From contig CAWAGZ010000004.1 of assembly GCA_963781755.1 (NCBI GenBank), positions 272,937-336,936 on the forward strand: DNA of 64,000 nt, in the 5' to 3' direction. The notes below the pieces were generated by a model. The model was not told the DNA's origin. It did not search any database and worked only from the letters and a program-made list of their open reading frames with translations. Of this stretch, positions 52,101 through 61,400 are shown one piece after another. The stretch is from an uncultured Acidobacteriota bacterium. Lineage in GTDB: Bacteria; Acidobacteriota; Thermoanaerobaculia; Multivoradales; JAGPDF01. Positions within the stretch are counted from its first letter, which is position 1. Every line of letters starts with the position of its first letter. A program made the translations under genes and the position numbers.

Positions 52101-53892
52101 TGGTCTGACCGGTCACCGGCGGGTTCGGGCCCGAGCTGTAACCCTCGACCTGCTCCAAGTAGGGCTTGGCCGGCGGCCCGCCGCCGTCGCGCGGGAGGTA
52201 GACGCGGTAGGCGTTCGGCGTCGGGTTGGCCGCCGGCGTCGCCGAAGCCGACTCGAAGTCGGCGAACCAGACGTTGGCCAGGTTGCCGCCGCCGGAGTTC
52301 TGGGTCGAGATGCGGACGATCGAGTGCCAGATGCCGTAGTCGACCGCTGCCGAGTCGCTGGTCCAGGCGGTGATCGTCTCGCGGTTCCACTCGTTCCCGC
52401 CGGAGAGCACCGAGCTCTGGATGTCCTGCTGCCGGTCGCCGACGTTCGACGAGGTGTTGTGGCTGCGCGTCCACAGCTCGACGCGGCCGAACTCCTGGCC
52501 GGCGGAGCCGCCACCGATGCCGTTGCCGACGTCGTAGTCGAAGTCGTTCTCGAACGCGGTGCAGCCGCTGGTGATGTAGGGGTAGACGTCGTACGACCGC
52601 GTCGGGCCGTTCGTGGCGTTCAAGAGCCCGTACTCGGTGTGCGAGTCGTAGTAGACGTTGTACTCGGTGCCGCCCGCGCTGCTGTCGCCGTCGTGGGCGC
52701 GGATCGCGTAGGCGTTCTCGGCGCCGGTGTTGGTCACCGCGCCGGACATGTCCATCACCAGCTCCCAGTGCCCGGCGATCGGCGTGACCGCCGCTGCGGT
52801 GGGGGCGATCGCCAACGACACCGCGCGCCAGTTCTCGGCGGCACTGATCTGGAAGTTGCTCGCGCCGGAAGCGCCGGTCGTGGGGCGAGGCTCGAGGGCG
52901 ACCCCCAGCGTGACCCCGTTGGTGGCGTTCGGCGCCTCGATGTTGGTCTGCATCGCGGCCAGCGAGGCGTTCGTCAGATTGCGCCCGTCGTCCGCGATTC
53001 CGGCGATCCGCAAGACCATGCTCCGGGCGACGGTCGTCGTCACGCTCGGCGACACCGGGATCGTCCCGTTCCCGTTGCCGAAAGTCGTCGCGAAGGTCGC
53101 GGTGTTGACGTGGGTCAAGCGCAGCACCACGCCGACCGCTTCCCGCGTCGTGGCGCCGCCGCCGTTCCAGTTCACGTTGACGGGGCTCGTTTCGCTCCCG
53201 GTCGCGGTTCGGGTGAAGACCGCCATCCGCACATGGCTGTTGAAGATGTCGCCGGAATTCCCCTCGTCTCTGACGGTCCAGCCGGTCGGCGTGGCGATGC
53301 CCGGTGTGCCGCCGCTGCCGCGGGCGACGATGGCGACGAGCAGGTCGCCCGCGGTGATTCCACTCGGCAACGTGAGGTTGATCGACGTGCCCGAGCCGCT
53401 CGCCTTGCTCGAGGTCGCGGAGCCGGCGAGCGTCGGGCCCGTGGCGTTCGAGTCGTAGAGCGTCTGCCAGGTGTTGTCGGCGCCGGCGGGGTTGGCGCTG
53501 GTCCCGAAGTAGTAGTTGTTCCAGACCTCTCCGCCGCTGGGATCGAACAGCGTGTACTGCGCCCGCGTCGTGGTGCTGTCGTTCGAGTCGCGGTCGGCGG
53601 CGAGCTCGGTGGCGCCGCCGCTGTTGACGTCGGCGTCCCACATGTCCACGACCAGGCGCGAGGAGCCGGGGGGCACCTCGATGAAGTAGTGGTAGGCCGT
53701 GTTCAGCCCACCGCTGCTCGAGATGAAGTCGCCGTTGGCGGTTCCGTCACCCGAGCCGGCGGGCTTGAAGTGCTGGGTGGTCGCGTTGCCGCCGGCGAGG
53801 ATCGGCGTCGCGACGAGCGCCGCGGCGAGCAGGATCCCGGCCGCCGCATGCGAGGCGCGGACGAATCTCGGTCGGGTCGCTGGCGGAGTCAT
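49102..53892 (-). CDS. giant secreted protein (1596 aa) with a C-terminal peptidase C25 (gingipain-like, clan CD) domain
   Basis: Signal peptide MTPPATRPRFVRASHAAAGILLAAALVA. The Asn/Thr/Ser/Gly-rich beta-type N-terminal region is not recognised as any known domain. The C-terminal region has the C25 hallmarks VVAPDFLV..., YFGHGG (His) and AMTCL (Cys). The overlapping +/- ORFs (1719 aa and 1514 aa) are Arg-rich artefacts. Confidence 0.8.
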   Translation of the reverse strand: MTPPATRPRFVRASHAAAGILLAAALVATPILAGGNATTQHFKPAGSGDGTANGDFISSSGGLNTAYHYFIEVPPGSSRLVVDMWDADVNSGGATELAADRDSNDSTTTRAQYTLFDPSGGEVWNNYYFGTSANPAGADNTWQTLYDSNATGPTLAGSATSSKASGSGTSINLTLPSGITAGDLLVAIVARGSGGTPGIATPTGWTVRDEGNSGDIFNSHVRMAVFTRTATGSETSPVNVNWNGGGATTREAVGVVLRLTHVNTATFATTFGNGNGTIPVSPSVTTTVARSMVLRIAGIADDGRNLTNASLAAMQTNIEAPNATNGVTLGVALEPRPTTGASGASNFQISAAENWRAVSLAIAPTAAAVTPIAGHWELVMDMSGAVTNTGAENAYAIRAHDGDSSAGGTEYNVYYDSHTEYGLLNATNGPTRSYDVYPYITSGCTAFENDFDYDVGNGIGGGSAGQEFGRVELWTRSHNTSSNVGDRQQDIQSSVLSGGNEWNRETITAWTSDSAAVDYGIWHSIVRISTQNSGGGNLANVWFADFESASATPAANPTPNAYRVYLPRDGGGPPAKPYLEQVEGYSSGPNPPVTGQTTTVTVTVRVTNPTPFPITFSGTTTAGNVVVADLPGDARVAYSGSSAQASCGSVASQPADGATAGSVIWNPGSVAAGTTCILAYDVRVTPNLSGVRIRTTGTANIDSNFAAAQGTRARFVDATGNASQARALSTLGPICELAVTSGQPTYTLVTSFAAAPMRHGGAVEWRTATEDRTAGYYLYRWNRDSRDWELVQPGMILADSPAPAGAVYRTVDAGAGADPIYALVEVEIDGQVRRYGPFRPAAETPKGAAKLDLAAGFDASLAFSRRAIGPDPVQLARLRRSRLAAQRGPLAGPAPTPVRALKLHLLDAGLYRVDASDLAARFGVPESAVRDRLRGGGFLLTHRGAKAPWLAADDGSALLFYGRPPADELEADSVYRLTLGSGATMPSRGVSVAPTAPAGAAPDRVETERDLISIVALPFDPASDFWFQDQLGTDVAHPTTRDYPVEAPDPTGEGGAVLEVRLFGDTSLGIDDEHEVEVDFNGLPLGTTNWTGFAPQVVRYPIDPARILPAGNQVTLHARPGGGAPNSTVMVDGFALEYTRSHHALDDRLAFRDSGATAVTGFSRPDVLLLDVSDPDRPVRLVGAALEPGSGGWNLGFAEKGGARDYLAVSPAAARAPLAVEADRPSALRASAGAEYVVVAPDFLVPAARALAARRAGQGLSVMVARLEDVEDEFDSGIHGPRAISRFLAWAWNHWQVRPRYAVLVGDGNYDLRDRLGYGGDLVPPLMVATDVGTGGLVAADAGYGDVDGDGLPEIEVGRVPALVPADVAAFVHKLDLYEGGGAGDWAGRAALVAAAPDEGDDFELDAQSVAPHIAPAMNVDSISVSALGNEAAHARLLGDFAAGIGWLDYFGHGGVQNLASPSLLNLDDVDQMTNLGRTPVVTAMTCLVNRFELHEFRTLGTELVRSPAGGAIAVWAPAGKSERGDARELGIALADAAFHEPDLRLGDVLHAAVARYLEKGGDPGLARLYVLLGDPATLVPAPVIDVPPSPSGDEN

Positions 53893-54029
53893 CGCGGTCC
53901 TCAGTTGGAGTGAATGGATTCACACCGAAGGTAGCACAGCCAAGGTCCACCGTCCAATGGACTTCCCGCGCTCCCCCGCTCCCCGGAATCCGACCTGCCA
54001 ACCACCGTGACCGTCTATTCCGGTTAGAG

Positions 54030-54060
54030 GTGACAGTTACGTCACAGACATAACTGTCAC
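54030..54060. repeat. palindrome P4 (GTGACAGTTACGTCACAGACATAACTGTCAC)
   Basis: The same palindrome family lies 26 bp downstream of the stop of the minus-strand gene 54086..54628. Confidence 0.8.
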
Positions 54061-54085
54061 AGATGCCCCGGCGGCTCCTGCGGGG

Positions 54086-54628
54086 TCAGAAGGAGGCGTC
54101 CTGGACGATGCGCCAGCCGGCGGTGGTGCGGTGGAGGACGAGCAGGGTCGATCCGGCGGCCTCGGGGCGGTCCGGATAGCGCAGCGTCCAGCGCGCGACC
54201 ACCGAGGCCGCGAGCGGGCGCGGGGAGCGGTCGCCCGCTCCGTCGGAGTCGAGCGCCACCGGGGCCGCCCGGACCTCGAGGACCTCCAGCGAAAGGGCCC
54301 CCATGGCGTCGCGTGTCGGGTAGCGGCGGCGGTAGCGGGCCAGGACTTCGTCGCGGCCGTGGGTGATGCCCGTGGTCGGCGAGACGAAGGTGGCGTCCTC
54401 GGCGTAGCTCGAGCAGAAGGCGTCGAGGTCGCCGCGGGTCCACGCCGCCGCCTGCTCGTCGAGGAAGCCCTGGAGCTCGGCGCGCAACGCGTCGCCGGAG
54501 GAAGCGGCCTTCGCGGGACCCTCCCCGTTGCGCGGCTGCGCCGGCGATTGCGCACCGAACGCGACGGTCGCGCAGCCGATCACGATCGCCCAGCCGAACA
54601 CGCGAACCCAGCCGGTCGTTCCCATCAT
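54086..54628 (-). CDS. secreted NTF2-like / SnoaL-like (DUF4440-type) small protein
   Basis: ATG-ATG start at 54628 is preceded by AAAGG. A signal peptide is present, and the fold signature W..GD.DAF...YAEDA is present. Confidence 0.55.
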   Translation of the reverse strand: MMGTTGWVRVFGWAIVIGCATVAFGAQSPAQPRNGEGPAKAASSGDALRAELQGFLDEQAAAWTRGDLDAFCSSYAEDATFVSPTTGITHGRDEVLARYRRRYPTRDAMGALSLEVLEVRAAPVALDSDGAGDRSPRPLAASVVARWTLRYPDRPEAAGSTLLVLHRTTAGWRIVQDASF

Positions 54629-54687
54629 TGGAAGCCTTTCGTCTTGCGAGGTCTTGCGGTCGGGAAATGGAACGGAATCAGCGTACA

Positions 54688-55218
54688 TCAGAGGAAATAG
54701 AGCGTCTCGTCGATCCTGGGCCGGGCCGAGCGGCGGGCGAGCAGGCTCGACTTGAGGCGGAAGAACTCGGACAGGTCCTCCTCGCCCGGCTCGCCGGAGG
54801 CGTCGCCCATCTCGGCCTCGAGCGCGTCCGGGTCCTCGCCCCGCTCGAGGCGGTCGAGCACGTCGCGCAGCTTCGGTCCGGCCTCGAGCCCGGTCAGGTC
54901 GGTGAAGCGCCGCAGCACCCGCGAGAGCTGGCGCGGGTCCGGCTCGGCGGCGTCGTCGAGCGACTCGAACTCGCTGGCCATCGCCTCGAAGGCGCGCTCG
55001 AGGCGCTCGTCGTCGAGGCCGGCGAGGGGATCGGTCGCGTCGTCGAGTTCCGCGTCGTCGCCGCGCGAGCGCAGAGTGGCGAAGCGCGACGGCCGCCGCG
55101 GCAGTCGGGCGCGACCGCAGCGCGGGCAGGCCGGGCTCGCCTCGGGCGCGACGCGCGCCGAGAAGAAGCTGAAGACCGTGTGGCACCCGGCGCAGTAGAA
55201 CTCGTAGATCGGCACCAT
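54688..55218 (-). CDS. FmdB-family zinc-ribbon protein
   Basis: MVPIYEFYCAGCHTVF...CPRCG (CxxC...CxxC) is followed by an acidic tail. Confidence 0.7.
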   Translation of the reverse strand: MVPIYEFYCAGCHTVFSFFSARVAPEASPACPRCGRARLPRRPSRFATLRSRGDDAELDDATDPLAGLDDERLERAFEAMASEFESLDDAAEPDPRQLSRVLRRFTDLTGLEAGPKLRDVLDRLERGEDPDALEAEMGDASGEPGEEDLSEFFRLKSSLLARRSARPRIDETLYFL

Positions 55219-55301
55219 CCAAGTCTAACAAACCAAGGGCCTTAACCAAGTGGCTGGCACCTTTCTGCAACTTGACGACGGGGGCCAGAGTGCATAGTCT
55301 T

Positions 55302-55313
55302 CCGACCGGTCGG
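55302..55313. promoter_or_regulatory. perfect 12-bp palindrome CCGACCGGTCGG in the tetR/efflux promoter region; candidate TetR operator
   Basis: The palindrome lies 32 bp upstream of the tetR ATG, just downstream of a weak TTGACG-N17-TAGTCT promoter-like pair. Confidence 0.3.
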
Positions 55314-55344
55314 TAGGTATCGTCCGGCGGAGCGGAGGAAGGCG

Positions 55345-55989
55345 ATGGCCGAAAGCTCGATCCCGGAGGCAGGAGCGTCGTCGAGCACCCGCGAGCGGGT
55401 GCGGTCGGCGGCGATCGAGCTGTTCGGCGAGAAGGGCTACGACGGCGCTTCGATGAGCGAGATCGCCGACCGCGTGGGCCTCGCCAAGCCGAGCCTCTAC
55501 AACTACTACCGCTCCAAGGAGGACCTGCTGCTCGACCTGGTCGAGCAGGGGATCTCGTCGTGGCGGGGGGTCTGCATGGCCCCGTTCGCTCGGGAGGCGC
55601 CCTTCGAGCGGCAGCTGCGCGACCACCTGCGGCTGGTCGCCGAGTTCGCTTCCGAGCGGCCGCACCTCGTGGCGATCTTCCACCTCGCCTCGAGCCACGT
55701 CCAGGGCGAGCTCGCCGCCCGGGTCGACGAGCTGATCCAGGGCGAGGAGCGCGAGATCCGCGAGGCGTTCTCGCTCCGCCTCGAGCAGGCGCTGGCCGCC
55801 GGTGAGCTCGACGCGCCGAGCGCCGACGACGTCCAGGCCTTCCTCACCGTCTTCTTCCACGGGCTGCTCTTCCTGCAGACCAACGGGGCGCATCACTCGA
55901 ACGCCGTCGCGGACCGGATGCCGCAGGTCTGGCGCCTGCTCTTCCGGGCGATCAGCGGCCGCGAGCCGCGGGAGACCTACCCTTCGTGA
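55345..55989 (+). CDS. TetR/AcrR-family transcriptional regulator
   Basis: The HTH ERVRSAAIELFGEKGYDGASMSEIADRVGLAKPSLYNYYRSKEDLL matches TetR family. Confidence 0.85.
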   Translation: MAESSIPEAGASSSTRERVRSAAIELFGEKGYDGASMSEIADRVGLAKPSLYNYYRSKEDLLLDLVEQGISSWRGVCMAPFAREAPFERQLRDHLRLVAEFASERPHLVAIFHLASSHVQGELAARVDELIQGEEREIREAFSLRLEQALAAGELDAPSADDVQAFLTVFFHGLLFLQTNGAHHSNAVADRMPQVWRLLFRAISGREPRETYPS

Positions 55990-57350
55990 ACGCGCGCGGA
56001 AATCTGCGGATCGCCGTCGCGGCGGCCACGCTGGCTGCAGCGCCACTCGCGTCGGCGCGCGCCGCCCAGCTGACGCTCGAGGGCGCGGTCGAGACCGCGC
56101 TCGCCCGCAACCCGGCGCTGGCCGCGGTCGAGGAGCTGCGCGGGCAGGTCCGGGGCGGCATCGTCGAAGCCCGCGCCGACGCCTTTCCGCAATTCGCCCT
56201 GGTCAGCTCGTGGGGGCAGTCGAGGAGCCCGTCGCTGCTCAACAGCCCCGACTTCGAGGAGATCCTGGCGCAGTTCCCCGGCGGTACGTTCGAGCCCCGG
56301 ACCCAGGAGCTCTACCGCGCCGTCGTCGAGGTCACGCAGCCGCTGCTGACCTTCGGCAAGATCGGCGCCGCGGTGGACCTGGCCAAGCTCGTGGCGGAAG
56401 CCGCCGACGCCCGGGTCGCCACCGCCGTACTGGACACCGCGCAGTCCACCGCCGAGGCCTACTACGGCGTCCTCGCCGCGCGCGAGGGTCTGGCGACGAT
56501 CGAAGCGCAGCGGGAGTTCCGCCGCCACGATCTCGAGCGCATCGAGAGCCTGCTCGAGATCGGCGAGGCGACCGAGCTCGAGCGCCTGCGCGCGGTCTCG
56601 GCGCTGGCCGACGTCGAGCCCGAGGTGGCCGGCCGCCAGGGCGCGCTGACCGTGGCCGAGACGCGCCTGCGCGAGGCCCTGGCCCTGCCCCCGGGGGAGC
56701 CGCTGGAGCTCGCCGGCGTCGGGCGCGCGCTTCCCGAGCCACCCGCCTCCGTGGGCCTCGGCGAGTCCGCGCTCGCCCGGCGCCCGGAGGTCGACGACCT
56801 GACCTACCAGGAGGACGTCTACGAGCAGCGCAAGCGGGTGACCCACGCCGAGCAGTTGCCCCGGGTGGACTTGAACGGCAGCTACGGGCGCGAGGTGCGG
56901 CTGGTCGAGAACTTCACCGACCCGATCTACTCGGCCTGGTCGTTCGGGGTCCACCTGCGCTGGGAGCTCTTCGACGGCGGCCGGCGCCGAGGCCAGATCG
57001 CCCAGTTCGAGAGCCAGCGCCGGCAGCTCGAGCTGCAGCGCGCCGACCTCGAGGCCCGGGTCCGGCTCGAGGTCGACCAGACGCTGTCCGACTACCGCAC
57101 CGCGCGTGCCCGCGCGAGCTCCTCCAGCGTCGCCGCCGAGGCGGCGGGCGAAGCGCTGCGGGTCGCGCGCGAGAGCTACGAGCAGGGGGTGGCGACCCAG
57201 ACCGACCTGCTCGACGCCCAGAGCCGCGCGACCGCGGCGGAAGTGCTCGCGGTCGAATCGTTCTACGACGCCCTCATCCAGGCCTCCCGGCTGGATCGCG
57301 CCTTGGGGATCCTTCCCACGGCGGATTGGGCCGCGCTCGAGGAGAAGTGA
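55986..57350 (+). CDS. TolC-family outer membrane efflux protein
   Basis: Signal peptide plus the two-repeat architecture of outer-membrane factors. GTG 55986 overlaps the tetR stop. Confidence 0.8.
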   Translation: MNARGNLRIAVAAATLAAAPLASARAAQLTLEGAVETALARNPALAAVEELRGQVRGGIVEARADAFPQFALVSSWGQSRSPSLLNSPDFEEILAQFPGGTFEPRTQELYRAVVEVTQPLLTFGKIGAAVDLAKLVAEAADARVATAVLDTAQSTAEAYYGVLAAREGLATIEAQREFRRHDLERIESLLEIGEATELERLRAVSALADVEPEVAGRQGALTVAETRLREALALPPGEPLELAGVGRALPEPPASVGLGESALARRPEVDDLTYQEDVYEQRKRVTHAEQLPRVDLNGSYGREVRLVENFTDPIYSAWSFGVHLRWELFDGGRRRGQIAQFESQRRQLELQRADLEARVRLEVDQTLSDYRTARARASSSSVAAEAAGEALRVARESYEQGVATQTDLLDAQSRATAAEVLAVESFYDALIQASRLDRALGILPTADWAALEEK

Positions 57351-57354
57351 CGCC

Positions 57355-58446
57355 ATGACGCCCGCCTGCCGCCACCGACTCGCTCCCGCCGCTTCCGCCG
57401 CGCGCGCCCGGCGCCCGCTCGTCGCCCTCCTGCTGGCGCCCTGGTCGCTGGCGCTGCTCGCGGGCTGCGGCGGCGGCCAGGCCGCCGCCGATCCGCCGGC
57501 CGCCGCCACCGAGCGCGTCGCGCAGGTGCGGACGCTGACGCTCGAGCCGCGTGCGGTGGTCGACCGCGCCAGCCTGCCGGCCGATCTGCTGCCGCTGCGG
57601 CGCGCGACGCTCGCCGCCGAGGTCGGCGGCGCCGTCGATTCGGTCCACGGCGAGCTCGGGGAGGCGGTCGCCGGAAGCGCCCTGCTCGCGACCATCGACC
57701 AGCGGACGCTGGCGCAGCAGGTCGCCGAGGCCGAGGCCTGGCTGCGCCAGGCGAAGCTGCAGTACCAGCGGGCGCAGAACCTGTTCGACCGTCACGCGGT
57801 GACCCAGGCGCAGCTGCTCGACGCGGTGACCAACCGCGACGTCGCGGACGCCCGGCTGGCGACCGTGAAGCTCCAGCTCGACAAGTCCTCGGTGCGGGCA
57901 CCGTGGCCGGGGCGGATCGCGGCGCGGCGGGTCGAAGTCGGTGACTTCGTCGTGCCGGGCACGCCGCTGTTCGACCTGGTCGACACCTCGCGGCTCAAGG
58001 TGCGCGCCCCGGCGCGCGCCGCCGACGTGCCGTTCCTCGCCGTTGGCCGCCGGGTCGAGGTGACCGTGGACGCGTTCCCGGGCGAGGTCTTCCCGGCGCG
58101 CATCGAACGGCTCGGAGCGGAGCTCGACGGCACGTCGCGCACGCTCGACGTCGAGGCCGAGATCGCCAACCCGCAGAGCCGCATCCGTCCCGGGATGCCG
58201 GCCCGTCTCGAGGTGCCGCGGCGCGAGCTGCCGGACGCGCTCGTCGTCCCGATGTCGGCGCTGATCGAGATGGGCGGCGGCAAGGCGGTTTACGTCGTCG
58301 TCGACGGCCGGGCCTCCCGCCGCCCGGTCCGGCTCGGGCCGGTGATCGGCGAGGAGGTCGTCGTCGAGGGTCTGGAGAACGGCGCCCGGGTGATCGTCGA
58401 AGGTCAGCACGTCGTCGGCGACGGCCAGCGCGTCGAGGAGATCTGA
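57355..58446 (+). CDS. efflux RND transporter periplasmic adaptor subunit (MFP), lipoprotein
   Basis: Lipobox LLAGCGG and the adaptor-family pattern (coiled-coil, beta-barrel, MP domain) are present. Confidence 0.85.
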   Translation: MTPACRHRLAPAASAARARRPLVALLLAPWSLALLAGCGGGQAAADPPAAATERVAQVRTLTLEPRAVVDRASLPADLLPLRRATLAAEVGGAVDSVHGELGEAVAGSALLATIDQRTLAQQVAEAEAWLRQAKLQYQRAQNLFDRHAVTQAQLLDAVTNRDVADARLATVKLQLDKSSVRAPWPGRIAARRVEVGDFVVPGTPLFDLVDTSRLKVRAPARAADVPFLAVGRRVEVTVDAFPGEVFPARIERLGAELDGTSRTLDVEAEIANPQSRIRPGMPARLEVPRRELPDALVVPMSALIEMGGGKAVYVVVDGRASRRPVRLGPVIGEEVVVEGLENGARVIVEGQHVVGDGQRVEEI

Positions 58447-58447
58447 G

Positions 58448-61400
58448 GTGCGGCTCGGCGAGCTCGCGGTTCGCAAGCGGGCCACGGTCCTGTTCGCGTT
58501 GGTCGCGGTCGCGATCGTCGGCTCGTCCGCCTACGTCTCGCTGCCGCGCGAGAGCTTCCCGGACATCAGCGTCCCCAACATCCTGGTCTACACGCTGTGG
58601 CCGGGAGCGTCGCCGGCCGACGTCGAGAAGCAGCTCACCGACGAGCTGGAGCGCGAGCTCCAGGGGATCGACGGAATCAAGGAGCTCACCTCGACTTCGA
58701 CGGACAGCGTCTCGCTCGTCAACGTCGAGTTCGTCTCCGGGACCGACATCGACTTCGCGCTCCAGAAAGTCCGCGACCGCGTCAACATCGCCAAGGCCGA
58801 TTTCCCCGACGACGTCGAGGAGCCGGTGCTGCGCGAGCTCAACTTCTCGGACTTCCCGATCCTCCAGGTGCACCTCGCCGGCGACGTCGGTCCGGTCGAG
58901 CTGCGCCGCCTGGCCAAGGAGCTGCAGGACGAGGTCGAGGCGATCCCCGGCGTGCTGCGCGCCAGCCTCGTCGGCGGCGTCGAGCGCGAGGTGCGGATCG
59001 ACGTCGACCCCGAACGGCTGCGCCTCTACGGGCTCTCGCTCGACGACGTGGTGGACACCATCCGCGACGAGAACGTCTCGATCCCCGGCGGCGACCTCGA
59101 GCTCGAGGGCCAGACCCTGGCGGTGCGCGTCCCGGGCGAGGTCGCGGACCCGCGAGGGATGGAGAGCTTCGTGGTCAAGGCCGTGGGCGGCCACCCGATC
59201 CAGGTGCGCGACGTGGCGGCGGTCAGCTACGGCTTCAAGGACCGCTCGTCGTACTCGCGGATCGACGGCCACGAGTCGGTCTCGCTCTCGGTCCAGAAGC
59301 GGTCGGGCGCCAACATCATCGCGGTCACCGACGCCATCAAGCAGGAGGTCCGGCGGCGCCGGGCGACCTGGCCGGCGGGGGTCGACGTCACCTTCCTCGC
59401 CGACCAGTCGAAGGATATCCGGATCATGGTCTCGGACCTCGAGAACAACATCCTGTCCGGAGTCGTCCTCGTGGTCATCGTGCTGTTCTTCGCCCTCGGC
59501 CTGAGAAACGCGCTGTTCGTGGGCGCGGCGATCCCGCTCTCGATGCTGCTCACCTTCGTCGTCGTGCAGCTCGCGGGGATGACCCTCAACATGATGGTTC
59601 TGTTCTCGCTCGTCCTGGCGGTCGGGATGTTGGTCGACAACTCGATCGTGGTCGTCGACAACATCTACCGCCACGTCCAGGAGGGCAAGAGCCCGGTGGA
59701 GGCGGCGACGATCGGTACGCGCGAGGTCGGCTCGGCGGTGCTCAACTCGACGCTGACCACGATCGCGGCCTTCGTGCCGTTGTTCTTCTGGCCGGGCATC
59801 GTGGGCGACTTCATGTCCATCCTGCCGATCGCGGTGTGCATCGCGCTCGCGGCGTCGCTGCTGGTGGCGTTCACCGCAAACCCCACGTTCGCCGCCTCGT
59901 TCATGAAGCTCGGCCACGACCGCGAGGTGGTGGTGACCGACGAGGCGCGCGTGCCGGAGGGGAGCGGCCTCGGAGGACGGATTCTCACCTTCTACCGCGG
60001 GCTCCTGTCCTGGGCGCTCGACCATCGACTGGCCGTCGTCGGCGGCACGCTGGGGCTGTTCGTCGTGGTCCTCGCTCTGTTCGGCGCCTTCAGCCGCGGC
60101 GTCGAGTTCTTCCCCGAGACCGAGCCGCGCCAGATCTTCGCCTCGGTCGAGACCCCGCCCGGCACCCGCCTCGAGCGGACCGACGCGATCGTGCACGAGC
60201 TCGAGGGCCGCCTGGCCTCGCTGCCCGACGTGCGCGTGACGGCGGCGGCCTCGGGCGCCGGCGCCTCCGGCGACGAGTTCTCGGGCGGCCGCTCCGAGGG
60301 CGGCGACCCGACCCACGGCCGCGTGACGCTCGACCTGCTCGACATGGATCAGCGCTCGCAGAGCTCGTTCGACACGCTGGCCGAGGCCCGGCGCCGGGTC
60401 AAGGGGATTCCGGGCGCGACGATCAACGTCGAGAGGCCCGACGAGGGCCCGCCGGTCGGCGCCCCGGTCACGATCGAGATCGCGGGCGACGATTTCGCCA
60501 AGCTGGGCGAGATCTCGGAGCGGATCCGCAAGGCGATCGCCGACGTGCCCGGCCTGGCGACCCTGGAATCCGACTTCAACCTGGCGCGCCCCGAGGTCGT
60601 GGTGCGGGTCGACCGCGACCGCGCCGCGGAGGCTCAACTGACCACCTCGAAGATCGCCTCCACCGTGCGCACGGCGGTGAAGGGCACCAAGGCCTCGGAC
60701 TTCCGCGACGGCGAGGACGAGTGGGACGTCACCGTGCGCTTCGCCCCGGACGCCCGCGCCAGCCTCGCGGACCTGTCCCGCCTCGTCGTGGTCAACGAAG
60801 ACGGCCGCCAGATCCCGCTGGCGACCGTGGCGAGCGTCGAGACCGGGGCCGCGCTCGACTCGATCCGGCACAAGGACCGCCGGCGCGTGGTGACGCTGTC
60901 GGGCAAGGTCACGAAACCCGAGCTGGCACAGCCCGTGCGCGACGAGGTGCAGCGTCGGATCGCGGCGGAGCCCGGCCTGCTGCCCGTCGGCTACACGGTG
61001 CGCTTCGCCGGCGCCAGCCAGGAGGAGGACGAGGCCAAGGCGTTCCTCTCCAAGGCCTTCCTCTACGCCATCCTGCTCGTCCTGCTGCTGATCGTCGGGC
61101 AGTTCGACTCCTACGCGGTGCCGTTCATCATCATGACCTCGGTCGTCATGTCCACGATCGGCGTTCTGCTCGGGCTGCTCGTCACGGGCACGCCCTTCGG
61201 CATCATCATGACCGGCCTCGGCGTCATCTCGCTCGCCGGCGTCGTGGTCAACAACGCCATCGTGCTGCTCGACTACGCCGAGCAGATGCGGCGCAAGGGG
61301 ATGGCCCGCAGGACGCTGCTGCTGGTCACCGGCATGCGCCGGCTGCGTCCCGTGATGCTGACCGCGATCACCACCATCCTCGGCCTGGCGCCGACGGTGG

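Noticed and set aside
48754-53913. 1719-aa plus-strand ORF and 1514-aa minus-strand ORF (49097..53641)
   Set aside because: Both are Arg/Gly/Asp/Val-rich artefacts overlapping the genuine 1596-aa C25-domain gene 49102..53892, which has a signal peptide and recognisable catalytic motifs.
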